From contig CAUVOB010000002.1 of the NCBI GenBank assembly GCA_963553465.1, positions 41,632-105,631 on the forward strand: a stretch of DNA of 64,000 bases. Reading direction: 5' to 3'. The DNA is from an uncultured Candidatus Saccharibacteria bacterium (GTDB lineage Bacteria; Patescibacteriota; Saccharimonadia; Saccharimonadales; Saccharimonadaceae). The notes beneath the pieces are model-generated. The model made no database searches. It was not told the DNA's origin and saw only the letters and a list, made by a program, of their open reading frames with translations. Shown here in pieces: positions 8,192 to 18,431 of the stretch. The position numbers and the translations under genes are program-made. Each line of letters opens with the position of its first letter. Within the stretch, counting starts at the first letter, position 1.

Positions 8192-10120
8192 CTAGTTATC
8201 GGCGGCTCCAAACAGTGCCCGTACGGCTTTTTCGCCAAGCTGGTAATTCTGCACAAATGCCCACAGCTGGTTGCCGTAGTCGAAGTGCCACCATTCGTGA
8301 GGATTGACCGTAAACCCATAGGCGGTCAGCAGATTATACAGAAAGCGACGATTTCGTTGAGCGGTTATATCCTTGTCCGTCAGTGGCGTTGCTTGCTCAA
8401 AATAATCAGGATTATTGCGCGGCCCGGTGTCACCGTCTACATGACCCATGTCAATAAAGCTGTCTGCTACAAAATCTGGTATCCAGGGGCTCGGCTTAAC
8501 GCGCAGGCGAATGTCGATCGCTCCGCCTGTTGCGTGCGGTGACGGATTATCGGTAGTTGAAGGTTTGGCTATGATCTCGTCGCGCCGTTTATAAATATCA
8601 TCTTTCTGGAGGTCAGAGTTATGGCGTCGAATGCTATTTGGTATGAGTTGGTGATATAGTGATGACTGCATATCGGTGGAGCGTAGTCCCTCCTCAACAT
8701 ATACTTCCACGGCACCGCCAAAAAATTTGGTAACTTCAGGGCTTTGGAGAAAGGTGTTAATGTCTGCCAGTTTTCTCGCAACCGATTCTCGGACATAGAT
8801 TGGTTTATCGACGCCAGGAATACTTGCACCAGTCGTAGCATTGCGCCGAGAATAATAAGATTGGCCGGCAATACCATGGCTGGCTAGGTCAACCAACGGT
8901 TCTTGACGTAGTTCATGAAGTAAGCCACTGCTCACTGCAAATGGAATATCGCGATAGCCGATACGCATTTTGGCGTCGCGTAGTTCGGTCATGTCTGGAA
9001 TAGCCGTTTCGGCGTACTGTTGTATACGGCGCTGGTTCTCGATACGGGTCTCGGCCTTGACCAAAAGATTGACGTAATAGGCGTATACTTTGACAATTTC
9101 ATCGATGACTTGCTCGGGCTGCTGGATAGCACCACCCGCGAGGCGATCGGTTTTTTGTGGGCCAAATGCGACGACATCCGTGTTGTTTTCGAGTAGAAAG
9201 GTATCCAGTCCCGCTAGTTCTTGGTACGGTATCCAAGTATCGTGCGAGACGATTGCTACCTTGCTGCCCTCGTCGAGTAGAGGAAAGGCGGCCCTAAAGG
9301 TTTCTTGGGTATTGGCACGACGCGGCTTACTGCCATCGGGCATGGTACGGTTGCTATCAATTGGAGCCGACAAGACGCTGAGACTGATAACTTGTGTGCC
9401 GTGTGGTGCCGCTATTTTTGCCCACCCCTGATGTACTTTTGTCAAGTCATTACTTTCGTATGGAGTTAGTAGAGTGCTTTCTTCCCAAGAAATGTCCCCC
9501 AAAAGGGATGCTGCAGCGCCAAGACATAGTTCAAATTCAGTCGCGTCGCTTTTAAAACCCTGTGCTTCGGCTCGCTTGCGCTCTGCTTCAGTGGTTGGAC
9601 GGTCACAGGTGGTGAGGATAATTTCTGAGGTGTTGATTTTACCTTCTTGTATTGCCGCGAGGGCACCGAGTAGGCGGATCCCATTAGTGGCACCAGCTCC
9701 ACCTGGTACAATGATCGCAGATACATCGCCGATAGGCTGCATGTCGCGGGGTAGCGCAACATCAAGCTGTCTACCACTATGTTCTAGCTTATTGTCAAGT
9801 TCTTCGTGAAGAAAGCCCAGTTTGAGAGCTGTATTGCGGATGGCTGTATGATCAGTGGAAGTTTTAGCAATATCTGAAAAATCTTTGACGCCACCACCGC
9901 GCAGCCCGAGCATGCCACGAACAAAGGGGGCGTCGTAACTTGGCATGTCATACAGGCCCGCTAATTGGTCTGGGGATTGCTGGTTGAGGAGGTCATGGAG
10001 TGTTTCTTCATAGAGCTGGAGTTTTGCCGCAACGACATCCCGCACAGTTTCTGGACTGACGCTTGATGTTTCAGAAATAGGACAATACCTGTCGCTGCGC
10101 TCCGATGCAACTAAAGACAT
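8192..10120 (-). CDS. Fusion of a DUF218/YdcF-like N-terminal region and a VanX-type (M15) D-Ala-D-Ala dipeptidase
   Basis: C-terminal SPHATGGAID, DMG and EWWHFDYG motifs; N-terminal IIVPGG, ANTQET and VAIVSH (tentative). Confidence 0.75.
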   Translation of the reverse strand: MSLVASERSDRYCPISETSSVSPETVRDVVAAKLQLYEETLHDLLNQQSPDQLAGLYDMPSYDAPFVRGMLGLRGGGVKDFSDIAKTSTDHTAIRNTALKLGFLHEELDNKLEHSGRQLDVALPRDMQPIGDVSAIIVPGGAGATNGIRLLGALAAIQEGKINTSEIILTTCDRPTTEAERKRAEAQGFKSDATEFELCLGAAASLLGDISWEESTLLTPYESNDLTKVHQGWAKIAAPHGTQVISLSVLSAPIDSNRTMPDGSKPRRANTQETFRAAFPLLDEGSKVAIVSHDTWIPYQELAGLDTFLLENNTDVVAFGPQKTDRLAGGAIQQPEQVIDEIVKVYAYYVNLLVKAETRIENQRRIQQYAETAIPDMTELRDAKMRIGYRDIPFAVSSGLLHELRQEPLVDLASHGIAGQSYYSRRNATTGASIPGVDKPIYVRESVARKLADINTFLQSPEVTKFFGGAVEVYVEEGLRSTDMQSSLYHQLIPNSIRRHNSDLQKDDIYKRRDEIIAKPSTTDNPSPHATGGAIDIRLRVKPSPWIPDFVADSFIDMGHVDGDTGPRNNPDYFEQATPLTDKDITAQRNRRFLYNLLTAYGFTVNPHEWWHFDYGNQLWAFVQNYQLGEKAVRALFGAADN

Positions 10121-10174
10121 GTCTGAATTGTACAATAAAACTACTAAATTAGCAAATTATATAAATAGCAGGTC

Positions 10175-10645
10175 TTAGCTCTGCGACAAGAAATCAATTT
10201 CCTTGATAATATCAAGCAGTGCCTGCGCTTTGCGGGTTTCGTCGGGGATAGCAACGGCAGCTTCATGTGCCGGGCCGATCAGCGAGGTGTCGTCAGTCGA
10301 GCGCAGCAACAGGAGGTAGGTGTCGAATTTTTCCTCGGGCGAGACGTTCAGCTTGCCAACTAGTGGGCGAAGCTCGCTGAGGGCATTTTGCTTGATATCA
10401 TCAAGCGACATATCAGTCGGAGCGGTATATGATCGGCTGGCGTTATCGGTGGTTGGTCGTGATACTGGTGTGGTCGTACTTGGCGTGGTGCTGGCCTGTG
10501 GATTAGCCGAGCGGTTAGTTGTATTAGTGTCCTGTGCGCCGGTTTCTTCAAAGCGTAGATTGTCATCACTGCCACCAGAAACACCCGCCAACACGCTGGC
10601 TAGATCCTGATCGTTGTTAACTCGTCCGCTATCTTGAATTGTCAT
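10175..10645 (-). CDS. Hypothetical protein with Thr/Pro-rich linker and helical C-terminus
   Basis: ORF with AGAGGTGGGG SD-like sequence upstream. Confidence 0.75.
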   Translation of the reverse strand: MTIQDSGRVNNDQDLASVLAGVSGGSDDNLRFEETGAQDTNTTNRSANPQASTTPSTTTPVSRPTTDNASRSYTAPTDMSLDDIKQNALSELRPLVGKLNVSPEEKFDTYLLLLRSTDDTSLIGPAHEAAVAIPDETRKAQALLDIIKEIDFLSQS

Positions 10646-10722
10646 ACCCCACCTCTTTTCACATTACGGTTACGCTTGCTTGCTATGCTATACTGTAACA
10701 CAGGAAAAGGAGGAATTTCAAG

Positions 10723-11760
10723 ATGCTTGACGATAAAAATCTTTTAGCGCAGCGCGATCCGGGCAGTACACGAACGAGTGCGGTGGCGGTAACAACGCAG
10801 ACGGACTTTGCGGCCGAGGTGGAGTCACTGGCGACCCCCGGCGAGGTGGCTAATGTGGTGCTGGCGGGCATGGGCGGCTCAGCGCTGGCGGCGGATATGG
10901 TCAAGGTGCTGACAGCGGATCGGGTCACGGTGCCACTTGAAGTGACAAAGGGTTATCAGTTGCCGAATTTTGTGAATGAAAAAACACTAGTTATTGCTAT
11001 CAGCCACTCGGGAAACACCGAGGAGACGATTAGTTGCTATCAGCAGGCTCGTCAGCGCGGCTGTCAGTTGGCGGTGATGGCGACGGGCGGAAAATTGTTT
11101 GCGGCGGCCGAGGCAGATAATCTGCCGCGGGTGCGCGTTCCGTCGGGCGGTCAGCCGCGGATGTCAACGATTTATCATTTGCGCGGGTTGCTAAAGCTGC
11201 TCAGTCAGTTTGAGGTGATCGACGATAGCCTGTACCACGCGGTCGCAACCAGTGGTGCGTGGCTGAAGGATCAGCTGAGCCAGTGGGCTGAGGAGGTGCC
11301 GACGGCGGATAATTATGCCAAGCAACTGGCGCTCAAACTGATTGGCTCGACTCAGGTGTTTTATGCGGGCGAGCTGACATGGCCGCTGGCGTATAAGTGG
11401 AAGATTAGCTTTAACGAGTCAGCGAAAAACGTGGCGTTTTGGAATCAATATCCGGAGTTCAGCCACAATGAATTCATCGGCTGGTCGTCACATCCGGTCG
11501 ATAAGCCGTATAAGGTCGTGGATTTTCGGAGCAGCCTTGAGCGTCCACGGATCCGGGAACGGATGGAGCTGACCGATCGGTTGCTATCAGGCATGCGCCC
11601 GAAGGTCGAAGTAGTCGAGCTACAGGGCGAGACGCTGCTCGAGCAGCTGCTGTGGGGGCTGGCGCTGGGTGAAATCGTCAGTATCTATGCGGGCATTCTC
11701 AACGGGGTCAATCCAGAGCCAGTGGCGCTGGTGGAGCAGTTAAAAAAGGAATTGTCGTAG
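10723..11760 (+). CDS. Bifunctional phosphoglucose/phosphomannose isomerase (SIS domains)
   Basis: GMGGSA, SHSGNTEET, KWKISFNE, PEFSHNE. Confidence 0.92.
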   Translation: MLDDKNLLAQRDPGSTRTSAVAVTTQTDFAAEVESLATPGEVANVVLAGMGGSALAADMVKVLTADRVTVPLEVTKGYQLPNFVNEKTLVIAISHSGNTEETISCYQQARQRGCQLAVMATGGKLFAAAEADNLPRVRVPSGGQPRMSTIYHLRGLLKLLSQFEVIDDSLYHAVATSGAWLKDQLSQWAEEVPTADNYAKQLALKLIGSTQVFYAGELTWPLAYKWKISFNESAKNVAFWNQYPEFSHNEFIGWSSHPVDKPYKVVDFRSSLERPRIRERMELTDRLLSGMRPKVEVVELQGETLLEQLLWGLALGEIVSIYAGILNGVNPEPVALVEQLKKELS

Positions 11761-11780
11761 GCTCATCTGGGCCGGAGAAT

Positions 11781-11817
11781 AAAAAAGTGGCGCCCGAGGG
11801 ATAGGGCGCCACTTTTT
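11781..11817. terminator. Bidirectional intrinsic terminator
   Basis: AAAAAAGTGGCGCCC...GGGCGCCACTTTTT between convergent genes. Confidence 0.85.
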
Positions 11818-11867
11818 ATCTTAGAGCCCATTGAGGGCGGGGGGTGGCCATGGCGGATTTGTGTGAA

Positions 11868-13085
11868 TTAGTGGCGCAAGCTCTCGATCGGGTCTTTACC
11901 GGCAGCGCGGCTGGCTGGATAGATGCCAAAGAGCATACCGATGATGAGTGCTCCGCCGATAGTCAGGGCGGCTGCTTGCCATTCGAGAACTGGGGTGAAT
12001 GGCAGATACATACCAAGGAGGAATGACGCGCCGAGGCCGATAACGTAGCCGAGAACACCGCCAAAGAGACCGATGATGGCTGATTCGATGAGGAATTGGG
12101 CGACAATGGTGCGGTTGGTGGCACCAACGGCCTTGCGGATACCAACTTCGCGCTGGCGTTCGGCGACTGAAACCAGCATGATGTTGGTGATGCCGATGCC
12201 GCCGACCAGTAGCGAGATGCCGGCGATGACCGCCATGGCGGTTGAGAGGGCGTTCACCAGGTGGGAATTTGGGGCGGTGATAGCTTGGCCGACCAAGGTG
12301 TGGTAGTCGGTATCGCCTTGATGCTGTTGGGCGAGGACTTTTTTGGCGGCATCAATTTTGGCTTGCAGCGCCGTACCGTTGTCGGCGGTGATGAGGATTT
12401 GCTGGATTTGGGCGGTGTTTTGGGTGAACTTTTTGCTGACGGCCAGCGGCAGGATGATAGAGCGATTAAAATCAACACCGAGGTAACTAGGCGTAGTTTC
12501 CGGCTCGTCGAGGACGCCGACGACCGTGAGCGTTTCGCCGCGGAGCTTGAGGACGCTGCCGAGGGATTTTTCGGTGCCGAATAGGTCAATTGACAGCTGC
12601 TTGCCGATCACGACGCCATTGGCCTCGTCGATGAATTGTCCCTCGCGTAACTTGAGGCCGGCGAGCTTTGCCAGTTCGCCTGAGCTACCGGTAACCGTGA
12701 TGTGCTCTAGCTTCGTCTTGCCGTCCGGTGTCGATACGTTAGTGTGAAATGTTGCCAGCGGTGCGGCACTGTTATTAGTCGCCTTGGCAATTTCCCGGGC
12801 GTCCTGTTCGGTCAGTGTGTTCACCATCTGGGCGGCGTGTCCGGAGTTGAGTGACAGTAATGAATCTGGCCGTGCCTCGCTACCAGACCGAATTAGCGCG
12901 GTGGTGTCAGAAAGCTTGGCGGACTGATCACCAAACAGGCGGCTCGTGCCGGTCAATAATGACAGGATAATAGTAATGCTGGCGATGCCGACCATGATGC
13001 CAAAAATCGATAGGTAGGTGCGGACCTTATTTGACTTGAGCGACTCAGTCGCGTTTTCGAAGTGATTATTGAGGAGCATTGTCAT
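11868..13085 (-). CDS. MacB/FtsX-family ABC transporter permease
   Basis: LLVGGIGITNIMLVSVAERQREVGIRKAVGA. Confidence 0.92.
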   Translation of the reverse strand: MTMLLNNHFENATESLKSNKVRTYLSIFGIMVGIASITIILSLLTGTSRLFGDQSAKLSDTTALIRSGSEARPDSLLSLNSGHAAQMVNTLTEQDAREIAKATNNSAAPLATFHTNVSTPDGKTKLEHITVTGSSGELAKLAGLKLREGQFIDEANGVVIGKQLSIDLFGTEKSLGSVLKLRGETLTVVGVLDEPETTPSYLGVDFNRSIILPLAVSKKFTQNTAQIQQILITADNGTALQAKIDAAKKVLAQQHQGDTDYHTLVGQAITAPNSHLVNALSTAMAVIAGISLLVGGIGITNIMLVSVAERQREVGIRKAVGATNRTIVAQFLIESAIIGLFGGVLGYVIGLGASFLLGMYLPFTPVLEWQAAALTIGGALIIGMLFGIYPASRAAGKDPIESLRH

Positions 13086-14248
13086 GACTTTTTCGTAGCT
13101 TTCCGTTCTTTTTTGACTGGTTTCTTCGTTGATTTGGCGGCATCGGTTTTTGCGTCGTCGGCTTTATCGGACTTAGGGGCGGGTTTCTTTTCGGTTGGCG
13201 TGCTAGAACTTTTTGCAGTATCAGGGTCAGCTGATTTTTTACTCTGTTCGGTATCGGTTTTCGTGGTCTTTGCGGTCGCTTTGGTTGAAGGAGCGCCAAG
13301 CGGTCGCTTTGGCGGGAGGTCATCCGGGGACTTCACTGGGCTAGCAGGTTTGTCGGGAGCAGTCGCCGCGACTGGCTGTTCGGTCGTCTGTTTCTCGGGA
13401 GTAGTTTTCGTTGACTCAGTTTTCTCGTCTGGCTTAGCTTTTTCAGCTTTGGTAGTTGCGGTGTGTGGCGGAGTTGAACTTGCCGGGGTTGCTGGTTGGT
13501 CATCGCCGCCCAGCTTTTGCTTAAAGATTTTCTTGATGTGATGAGTATCGGTATCAATACGCCCATCGAGCATAGAAATCACCCGGCTGGCATAGGACAG
13601 CAGCTCTGGATTGTGCGTCACCATGATAATCGTGTTGCCTCGGCGGTGAATGTCGGACAGCTCCTCCATGATGATGTGGCTGGACTTGGAATCAAGGTTG
13701 CCGGTCGGCTCGTCGGCCAGGATAATTGACGGACTGTTGACCAGTGCACGGGCGATCGCCACACGCTGAACCTGACCGCCGGATAGCTGATGCGGCAGAT
13801 AATATTCGCGCTCGCCCAGATGGAAGTTGCGCAAAATTCGGCTGGCTTCTTGGAGGCGCTTGGTTTTGCTGATGCCTTTGTAGGTGAGCGGCAGGGCAAC
13901 ATTATCAATCACCGTCAGGCGTGGAATGAGATTGAAATGTTGAAAAATAAAGCCGATATCGCGAGAACGAATTGTGGCGTGGTGTGTCGCCGTCAGATCC
14001 TCGACTGATTTATTGTCGAGGTAATACTCACCCTCTGACGGGTGGTCGAGCAGCCCGAGGATGTTGAGCAGGGTCGTCTTGCCGCAACCGGATGGGCCGA
14101 CGATGGCGATAAACTCGCCCTTTTTGACCTCGAGATTGACATTGTCCAGCGCCACCTGCTCGGCGTCACCAAAGCCAAATCGTTTCGTTACATTAGTAAG
14201 TTTAATTCGCGTTGAAGGATCGTTCATCATTGCCTTTATTATAGACAA
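13082..14248 (-). CDS. ABC transporter ATP-binding protein (LolD/MacB type) with long K/T/P-rich tail; true start may be near 14230
   Basis: GPSGCGKT, LSGGQ, ILADEPTGNLD. Confidence 0.92.
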   Translation of the reverse strand: MSIIKAMMNDPSTRIKLTNVTKRFGFGDAEQVALDNVNLEVKKGEFIAIVGPSGCGKTTLLNILGLLDHPSEGEYYLDNKSVEDLTATHHATIRSRDIGFIFQHFNLIPRLTVIDNVALPLTYKGISKTKRLQEASRILRNFHLGEREYYLPHQLSGGQVQRVAIARALVNSPSIILADEPTGNLDSKSSHIIMEELSDIHRRGNTIIMVTHNPELLSYASRVISMLDGRIDTDTHHIKKIFKQKLGGDDQPATPASSTPPHTATTKAEKAKPDEKTESTKTTPEKQTTEQPVAATAPDKPASPVKSPDDLPPKRPLGAPSTKATAKTTKTDTEQSKKSADPDTAKSSSTPTEKKPAPKSDKADDAKTDAAKSTKKPVKKERKATKKS

Positions 14249-14301
14249 AAAGCCGCCCTGGTTGCAACCGCTAGCGGACTTTCTGTTATAATATGCGTTA
14301 C

Positions 14302-14393
14302 GGAAGGATGCAGGAGTGGTTGAACTGGCACGCCTGGAAAGTGTGTAGGCTCTTTACGGGGTCTCCGGGGTTCGAATCCCCGTCCTTCCGCCA
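14302..14393 (+). tRNA. tRNA-Ser(GGA)
   Basis: GGAAGGA/TCCTTCC acceptor stem, CACGC-CTGGAAA-GTGTG anticodon arm, long variable arm, GGTTCGAATCC, G-CCA end; TGTTATAAT upstream. Confidence 0.95.
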
Positions 14394-14511
14394 GAGTCGG
14401 GGTGCGTGAGATCTTGATGGTGCTGGGAGTGTATGGATTAATTGTGTTATCATTAACATGTAGCGATCAAGCAAAATATTGGGATTATAAACGCGTAAAG
14501 GAGGTGCTGGA

Positions 14512-14841
14512 ATGAACAAAACAAATCAGAAGAAATACTGGGTAGGTGCCGATGTCGTATTCATTCCGGGCCGTGAAGCGGGGGAGCTGGCCGAGGTGTA
14601 CGGCATAACGGATCCCGAGCGTCAAGAGGTAGTCCTTGAGGGGGTCGCAACTGCTATCGGTGTTTATCTTTCGGATCCAGAGATCGTTAAGAGTCGATCC
14701 AACCAGCCCTCTGCTGCCGACATTGAGGCTTTTATTGCTTCAGGAGGACAACGGGAAATGCCACGTAGCCAATCCAAGAGGCCGTTGGGCAAGATAGCCC
14801 TAGGGGATGAAACGATAGATGGTATTGTCGAATCCGAGTAA
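14512..14841 (+). CDS. Hypothetical protein, possibly truncated (frame stays open to 14976)
   Basis: AAGGAGGT SD; 44 further sense codons after TAA. Confidence 0.6.
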   Translation: MNKTNQKKYWVGADVVFIPGREAGELAEVYGITDPERQEVVLEGVATAIGVYLSDPEIVKSRSNQPSAADIEAFIASGGQREMPRSQSKRPLGKIALGDETIDGIVESE

Positions 14842-15047
14842 GCCCCAGCTGGTTTGACCACTCCTGAATATCTTGAGGAGGTGCAGCTCCCAGGCCAGCT
14901 CAGGATCCTCCTTACAGACCCGAGGGAATTTCTCAACCGTGACCAAACGAACCCCTCTCGTACGGAGCGTTCATGACATGAACATTGAAGTATAATCATT
15001 ATATGATCATAATAAAATAAGTTGTAAGAGGTACAATACTAACATCC

Positions 15048-15629
15048 ATGCTCGAAGCTTTCTACCATCGCCATCGCCGCCTCGTCAAGTGCGCCATTAT
15101 CGCCGCAGTTGTTGTCCTCATTTATGTTGGGGCAGGCTTTCTCATTACGTTGCACCCTAATTACAAAGTTTATGAGCCACGCGAAGTATTCCTCAGTCGC
15201 TTTGATATGTCAACGGTCAAGGCCGCCCGCGTTATCCACTCAGAGCATCCATTTCTATATATAACCCGCGGCGAGCATCCGTACGGCTCGCTATTTGGTG
15301 TCATTACCGATGACGCCATCCGGCAGCGCCTGCTGACCATCCAGCCCTTCGCCAACTGCGCCCAGCCATATCGCTGCACGGATTGGAAATCGTACAAAGA
15401 AATCGGCGTGGAGCTACCGTTTGTTGGTATGCGTGACGACGTGGCCGGCTCAGCACGACCGACGTTTGATGCCGCGACCAGCAGTGATGCTAAATGCATC
15501 CTTCGCTATGCTCCCGGCGACCAACCGCTAGACGCCACTTCTAGCAGAGAAGCCTTTTGCTTCCTGCCACGAAGCGGAGAGTTCGTGTATGATTTTATGG
15601 ATACTGCTCATGCAAGACGTCGATATTAG
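15048..15629 (+). CDS. Membrane-anchored hypothetical protein
   Basis: N-terminal TM segment; TACAAT upstream. Confidence 0.7.
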   Translation: MLEAFYHRHRRLVKCAIIAAVVVLIYVGAGFLITLHPNYKVYEPREVFLSRFDMSTVKAARVIHSEHPFLYITRGEHPYGSLFGVITDDAIRQRLLTIQPFANCAQPYRCTDWKSYKEIGVELPFVGMRDDVAGSARPTFDAATSSDAKCILRYAPGDQPLDATSSREAFCFLPRSGEFVYDFMDTAHARRRY

Positions 15630-15763
15630 CTGGTGATCACCGGACGATATCCTCGCCGATATGCCTCAAGGGGTGACTACTAATGATTGCCTCTGTGGCT
15701 CGTTAGCGGAGAGTAATCAGTTAGCGAGCTGTTTTCATTGTAAAATTCACAAATCCTCTTGTC

Positions 15764-15812
15764 ACGCCACATCTAGTGCTTTATCATAGTATACATACAC
15801 TAAATGTGTAGA
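15764..15812 (+). promoter_or_regulatory. Probable tandem NrdR boxes upstream of nrdA
   Basis: CCACATCTAG fits CnAnATnTnG; weaker CTAAATGTGT lies 33 bp downstream. Confidence 0.6.
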
Positions 15813-15905
15813 GGGTACTAAACAAAAAGCAAATAGACGAGAGGTGTCAGTCGCCACCGCAGAGAGGTCGGCGGTAGTTTTGCTGAGCATCAAGGAGGGA
15901 AATAG

Positions 15906-18308
15906 GTGCAACAAATTAACGTCGTCAAACGCGATGGGACGAAAGAGCCGTTTGATGCAAATAAAATTAATGCGGCAATCTTAAAGGCCTGCGATGGGCT
16001 GCCGGATCAGGTTTCAAAGGTGGTGCAGGTAGCGACCGAGTTGCAGCTGACGCTATTTGATGGGATTACGACTGAGCAGCTGGATCAGGCCGTCATCCAG
16101 ACGACACTACAGAACGTCAAGGATGATCCAGATTATGATAAGATCGCAGCGCGATTATTGTTAAAAAATATCTACAAAAATACACTAGGTGATTACGAGA
16201 CAGCAGCTGAGTTAAAGAAATTGCACGCGCGGGAGTTCCCGAAGTTTGTTAGAGCAGCGGTTAAGGACGGTCTGCTTGATGAGCGGATGGGTGATGGTCG
16301 GTTTGACCTAAAGAAGCTTGGCGAAGCACTTGATCCTGCTAAAGATGACCTCAGTAAATATCTCGGCGTGATTACCAACCGTAACCGCTACGCTCTACGT
16401 AAGCACGGCAGTGAGCCAATTGAACCGCCGCAGTTTACCCACATGCGTATCGCTATGGGGCTGAGCTACAACGAAGAAGATCCTACAGCCGCAGCAATTT
16501 CGTTCTATCATCATATGAGCAATCTGGAGTATGTGCCAGGCGGCTCGACTCGGGTTAATGCTGGCTGCGCCTTCCCGCAGCTTAGTAACTGTTTCTTATT
16601 GGAAGTGCAAGATGATATGGAGTCGATTGCTAAATCGATTCGCGATACCATGTGGATCGCCAAAGGCACGGGAGGTATCGGCATCAGCTTTACTAAGCTG
16701 CGATCATCGGGCAGTCCAGTCAAGACAACCAACACAACGAGCACCGGGCCGATCCCGTTTATAAAGATGATCGATACGGCGCTATTTGCTGTGTCACGCA
16801 AGGGTAAAAAGATGGGCGCGGCGGCGGTGTATATGGAAAATTGGCACATTGATTTCAAGGAGTTCATCGACCTGCGTTCCAATTCCGGCGACCCATATAT
16901 GCGTACACGCTTTGCCAACACTGCGGTATTTATCTCTGATGAATTTATGAAGCGAGTGCAGAAAGACCAAGATTGGTATCTGTTTGATCCAGCAGAAACG
17001 TCGGATCTGCCCGAGCTATATGGTGAGGAGTTCTCAGCTCGCTACAAAGAGTATGTCAAGCTAGCGGAGGCTGGTAAGCTGCGCGTCTTTGACAAAGTAC
17101 CAGCCCGTCAGCAGTTCAAGCAAATCCTGACCAGCCTGCAGGCCACCAGTCACCCATGGCTGACGTGGAAAGACACCATTAACGTCCGCGCCCTGAACAA
17201 CAATACCGGTACGATTCACCTGTCTAATCTCTGCACGGAAATTACCCTGCCACAGGATGAGAAGAATATCGCTACCTGTAACCTCATCAGCATCAATTTG
17301 TCGGCGTTCTTGCGCGAGGATAAGACATGGGATTGGCAGCGACTACAAGAGGCGACACGGGCAGCAACGCGCCAGCTCGATAACTTGGTAGACATTACCC
17401 AGACGCCAATTCCAGAGGCGATGCACTCAAATCAGCAGACGCGGGCAATTGGTATCGGTGTTATGGGCTTTACCGATGTGTTGGAAAAGCTCGGTTACTG
17501 CTATGAGTCAAACGAAGCCTATGAATTGATCGACCAATTGACGGAATTCATCAGCTACCACGCCATCGACCAGTCGGCAGATTTGGCGGCCAAGCTAGGC
17601 AGCTATCCGACATATAACGGTAGTGGCTGGAGTAAGGGGCTGCTGCCAGTTGATACATTGGATGTATTGTCTGATGATCGTAAGCTAAAGGTAAAGATTG
17701 ATCGCAAAACGCGCCTGGATTGGGACGGTTTGCGCAAAAAAGTAAAGAAAGGTATGCGTAATGCGACGCTGATGGCTATCGCCCCGACTGCTAACATCGG
17801 TCATGTGGCGGGGACGACACCGGGTATTGATCCGCAGTTTGCGCAGATTTTTAGCCGCTCGACTCTGAATGGTAAATTCCTAGAAGTAAATAATAACCTG
17901 GTGCGCGACCTCAAAGCACTGAACTTGTGGGATGATATCAAGGAAGAGGTGTTTGCCAACCAGGGTGATATTCAACACATTGATGCTATTCCGCAGAAGC
18001 TGAAAGATGTCTACAAAACTAGCTTCCAGCTCAGCCCTTATGCCTTTATCGAGGTGGCCGCGCGGGCGCAAAAGTGGGTTGACCAGGCGATTAGCCGCAA
18101 TATGTATCTTGAAACTCGCGATATTGATGAATATGTGGAGATTTATTCTGAGGCGTGGCGCCGTGGTTTGAAAACCACCTACTATCTGCACGTCAAGCCG
18201 CGCCATCAGTCAGAGCAGACTACTGTGTCGGTGGAAAAATTAGCAGAACAGAAGATTCGAACTGGCGCTAAAACGCGCGGGTTTGGATTTGCCAAAGTTA
18301 ATAAATAA
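15906..18308 (+). CDS. nrdA: Ribonucleotide reductase alpha subunit with ATP cone, lacking the C-terminal Cys pair
   Basis: VVKRDG cone, LSNCF, SNLCTEI, TCNL, APTA, KTTYY; AAGGAGG SD. Confidence 0.96.
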   Translation: MQQINVVKRDGTKEPFDANKINAAILKACDGLPDQVSKVVQVATELQLTLFDGITTEQLDQAVIQTTLQNVKDDPDYDKIAARLLLKNIYKNTLGDYETAAELKKLHAREFPKFVRAAVKDGLLDERMGDGRFDLKKLGEALDPAKDDLSKYLGVITNRNRYALRKHGSEPIEPPQFTHMRIAMGLSYNEEDPTAAAISFYHHMSNLEYVPGGSTRVNAGCAFPQLSNCFLLEVQDDMESIAKSIRDTMWIAKGTGGIGISFTKLRSSGSPVKTTNTTSTGPIPFIKMIDTALFAVSRKGKKMGAAAVYMENWHIDFKEFIDLRSNSGDPYMRTRFANTAVFISDEFMKRVQKDQDWYLFDPAETSDLPELYGEEFSARYKEYVKLAEAGKLRVFDKVPARQQFKQILTSLQATSHPWLTWKDTINVRALNNNTGTIHLSNLCTEITLPQDEKNIATCNLISINLSAFLREDKTWDWQRLQEATRAATRQLDNLVDITQTPIPEAMHSNQQTRAIGIGVMGFTDVLEKLGYCYESNEAYELIDQLTEFISYHAIDQSADLAAKLGSYPTYNGSGWSKGLLPVDTLDVLSDDRKLKVKIDRKTRLDWDGLRKKVKKGMRNATLMAIAPTANIGHVAGTTPGIDPQFAQIFSRSTLNGKFLEVNNNLVRDLKALNLWDDIKEEVFANQGDIQHIDAIPQKLKDVYKTSFQLSPYAFIEVAARAQKWVDQAISRNMYLETRDIDEYVEIYSEAWRRGLKTTYYLHVKPRHQSEQTTVSVEKLAEQKIRTGAKTRGFGFAKVNK

Positions 18309-18320
18309 AGGAGGAACGAT

Positions 18321-18431
18321 ATGGAATATCAAGATACATTACCGGAAATTGATCTGTTGGCGAAGGAGGCGGCGCAGCGAGCTATCGGTCAGGAAGCGCT
18401 ATTTGCCATCACCATAGAGGAGGACAACTAA
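18321..18431 (+). CDS. 36-aa acidic microprotein between nrdA and nrdB
   Basis: AAGGAGG SD; MEYQDTLPEIDLLAKEAAQRAIGQEALFAITIEEDN; stop abuts nrdB ATG. Confidence 0.65.
   Translation: MEYQDTLPEIDLLAKEAAQRAIGQEALFAITIEEDN

Noticed and set aside
14394..15700. Prophage or integrative element at tRNA-Ser
   Set aside because: No integrase and no duplicated tRNA 3' end seen; only two small hypothetical genes.
18190..18431. nrdA extended by frameshift or readthrough into the 36-aa ORF to regain its Cys tail
   Set aside because: The 36-aa ORF has no Cys and has its own SD, so joining would not restore the tail.
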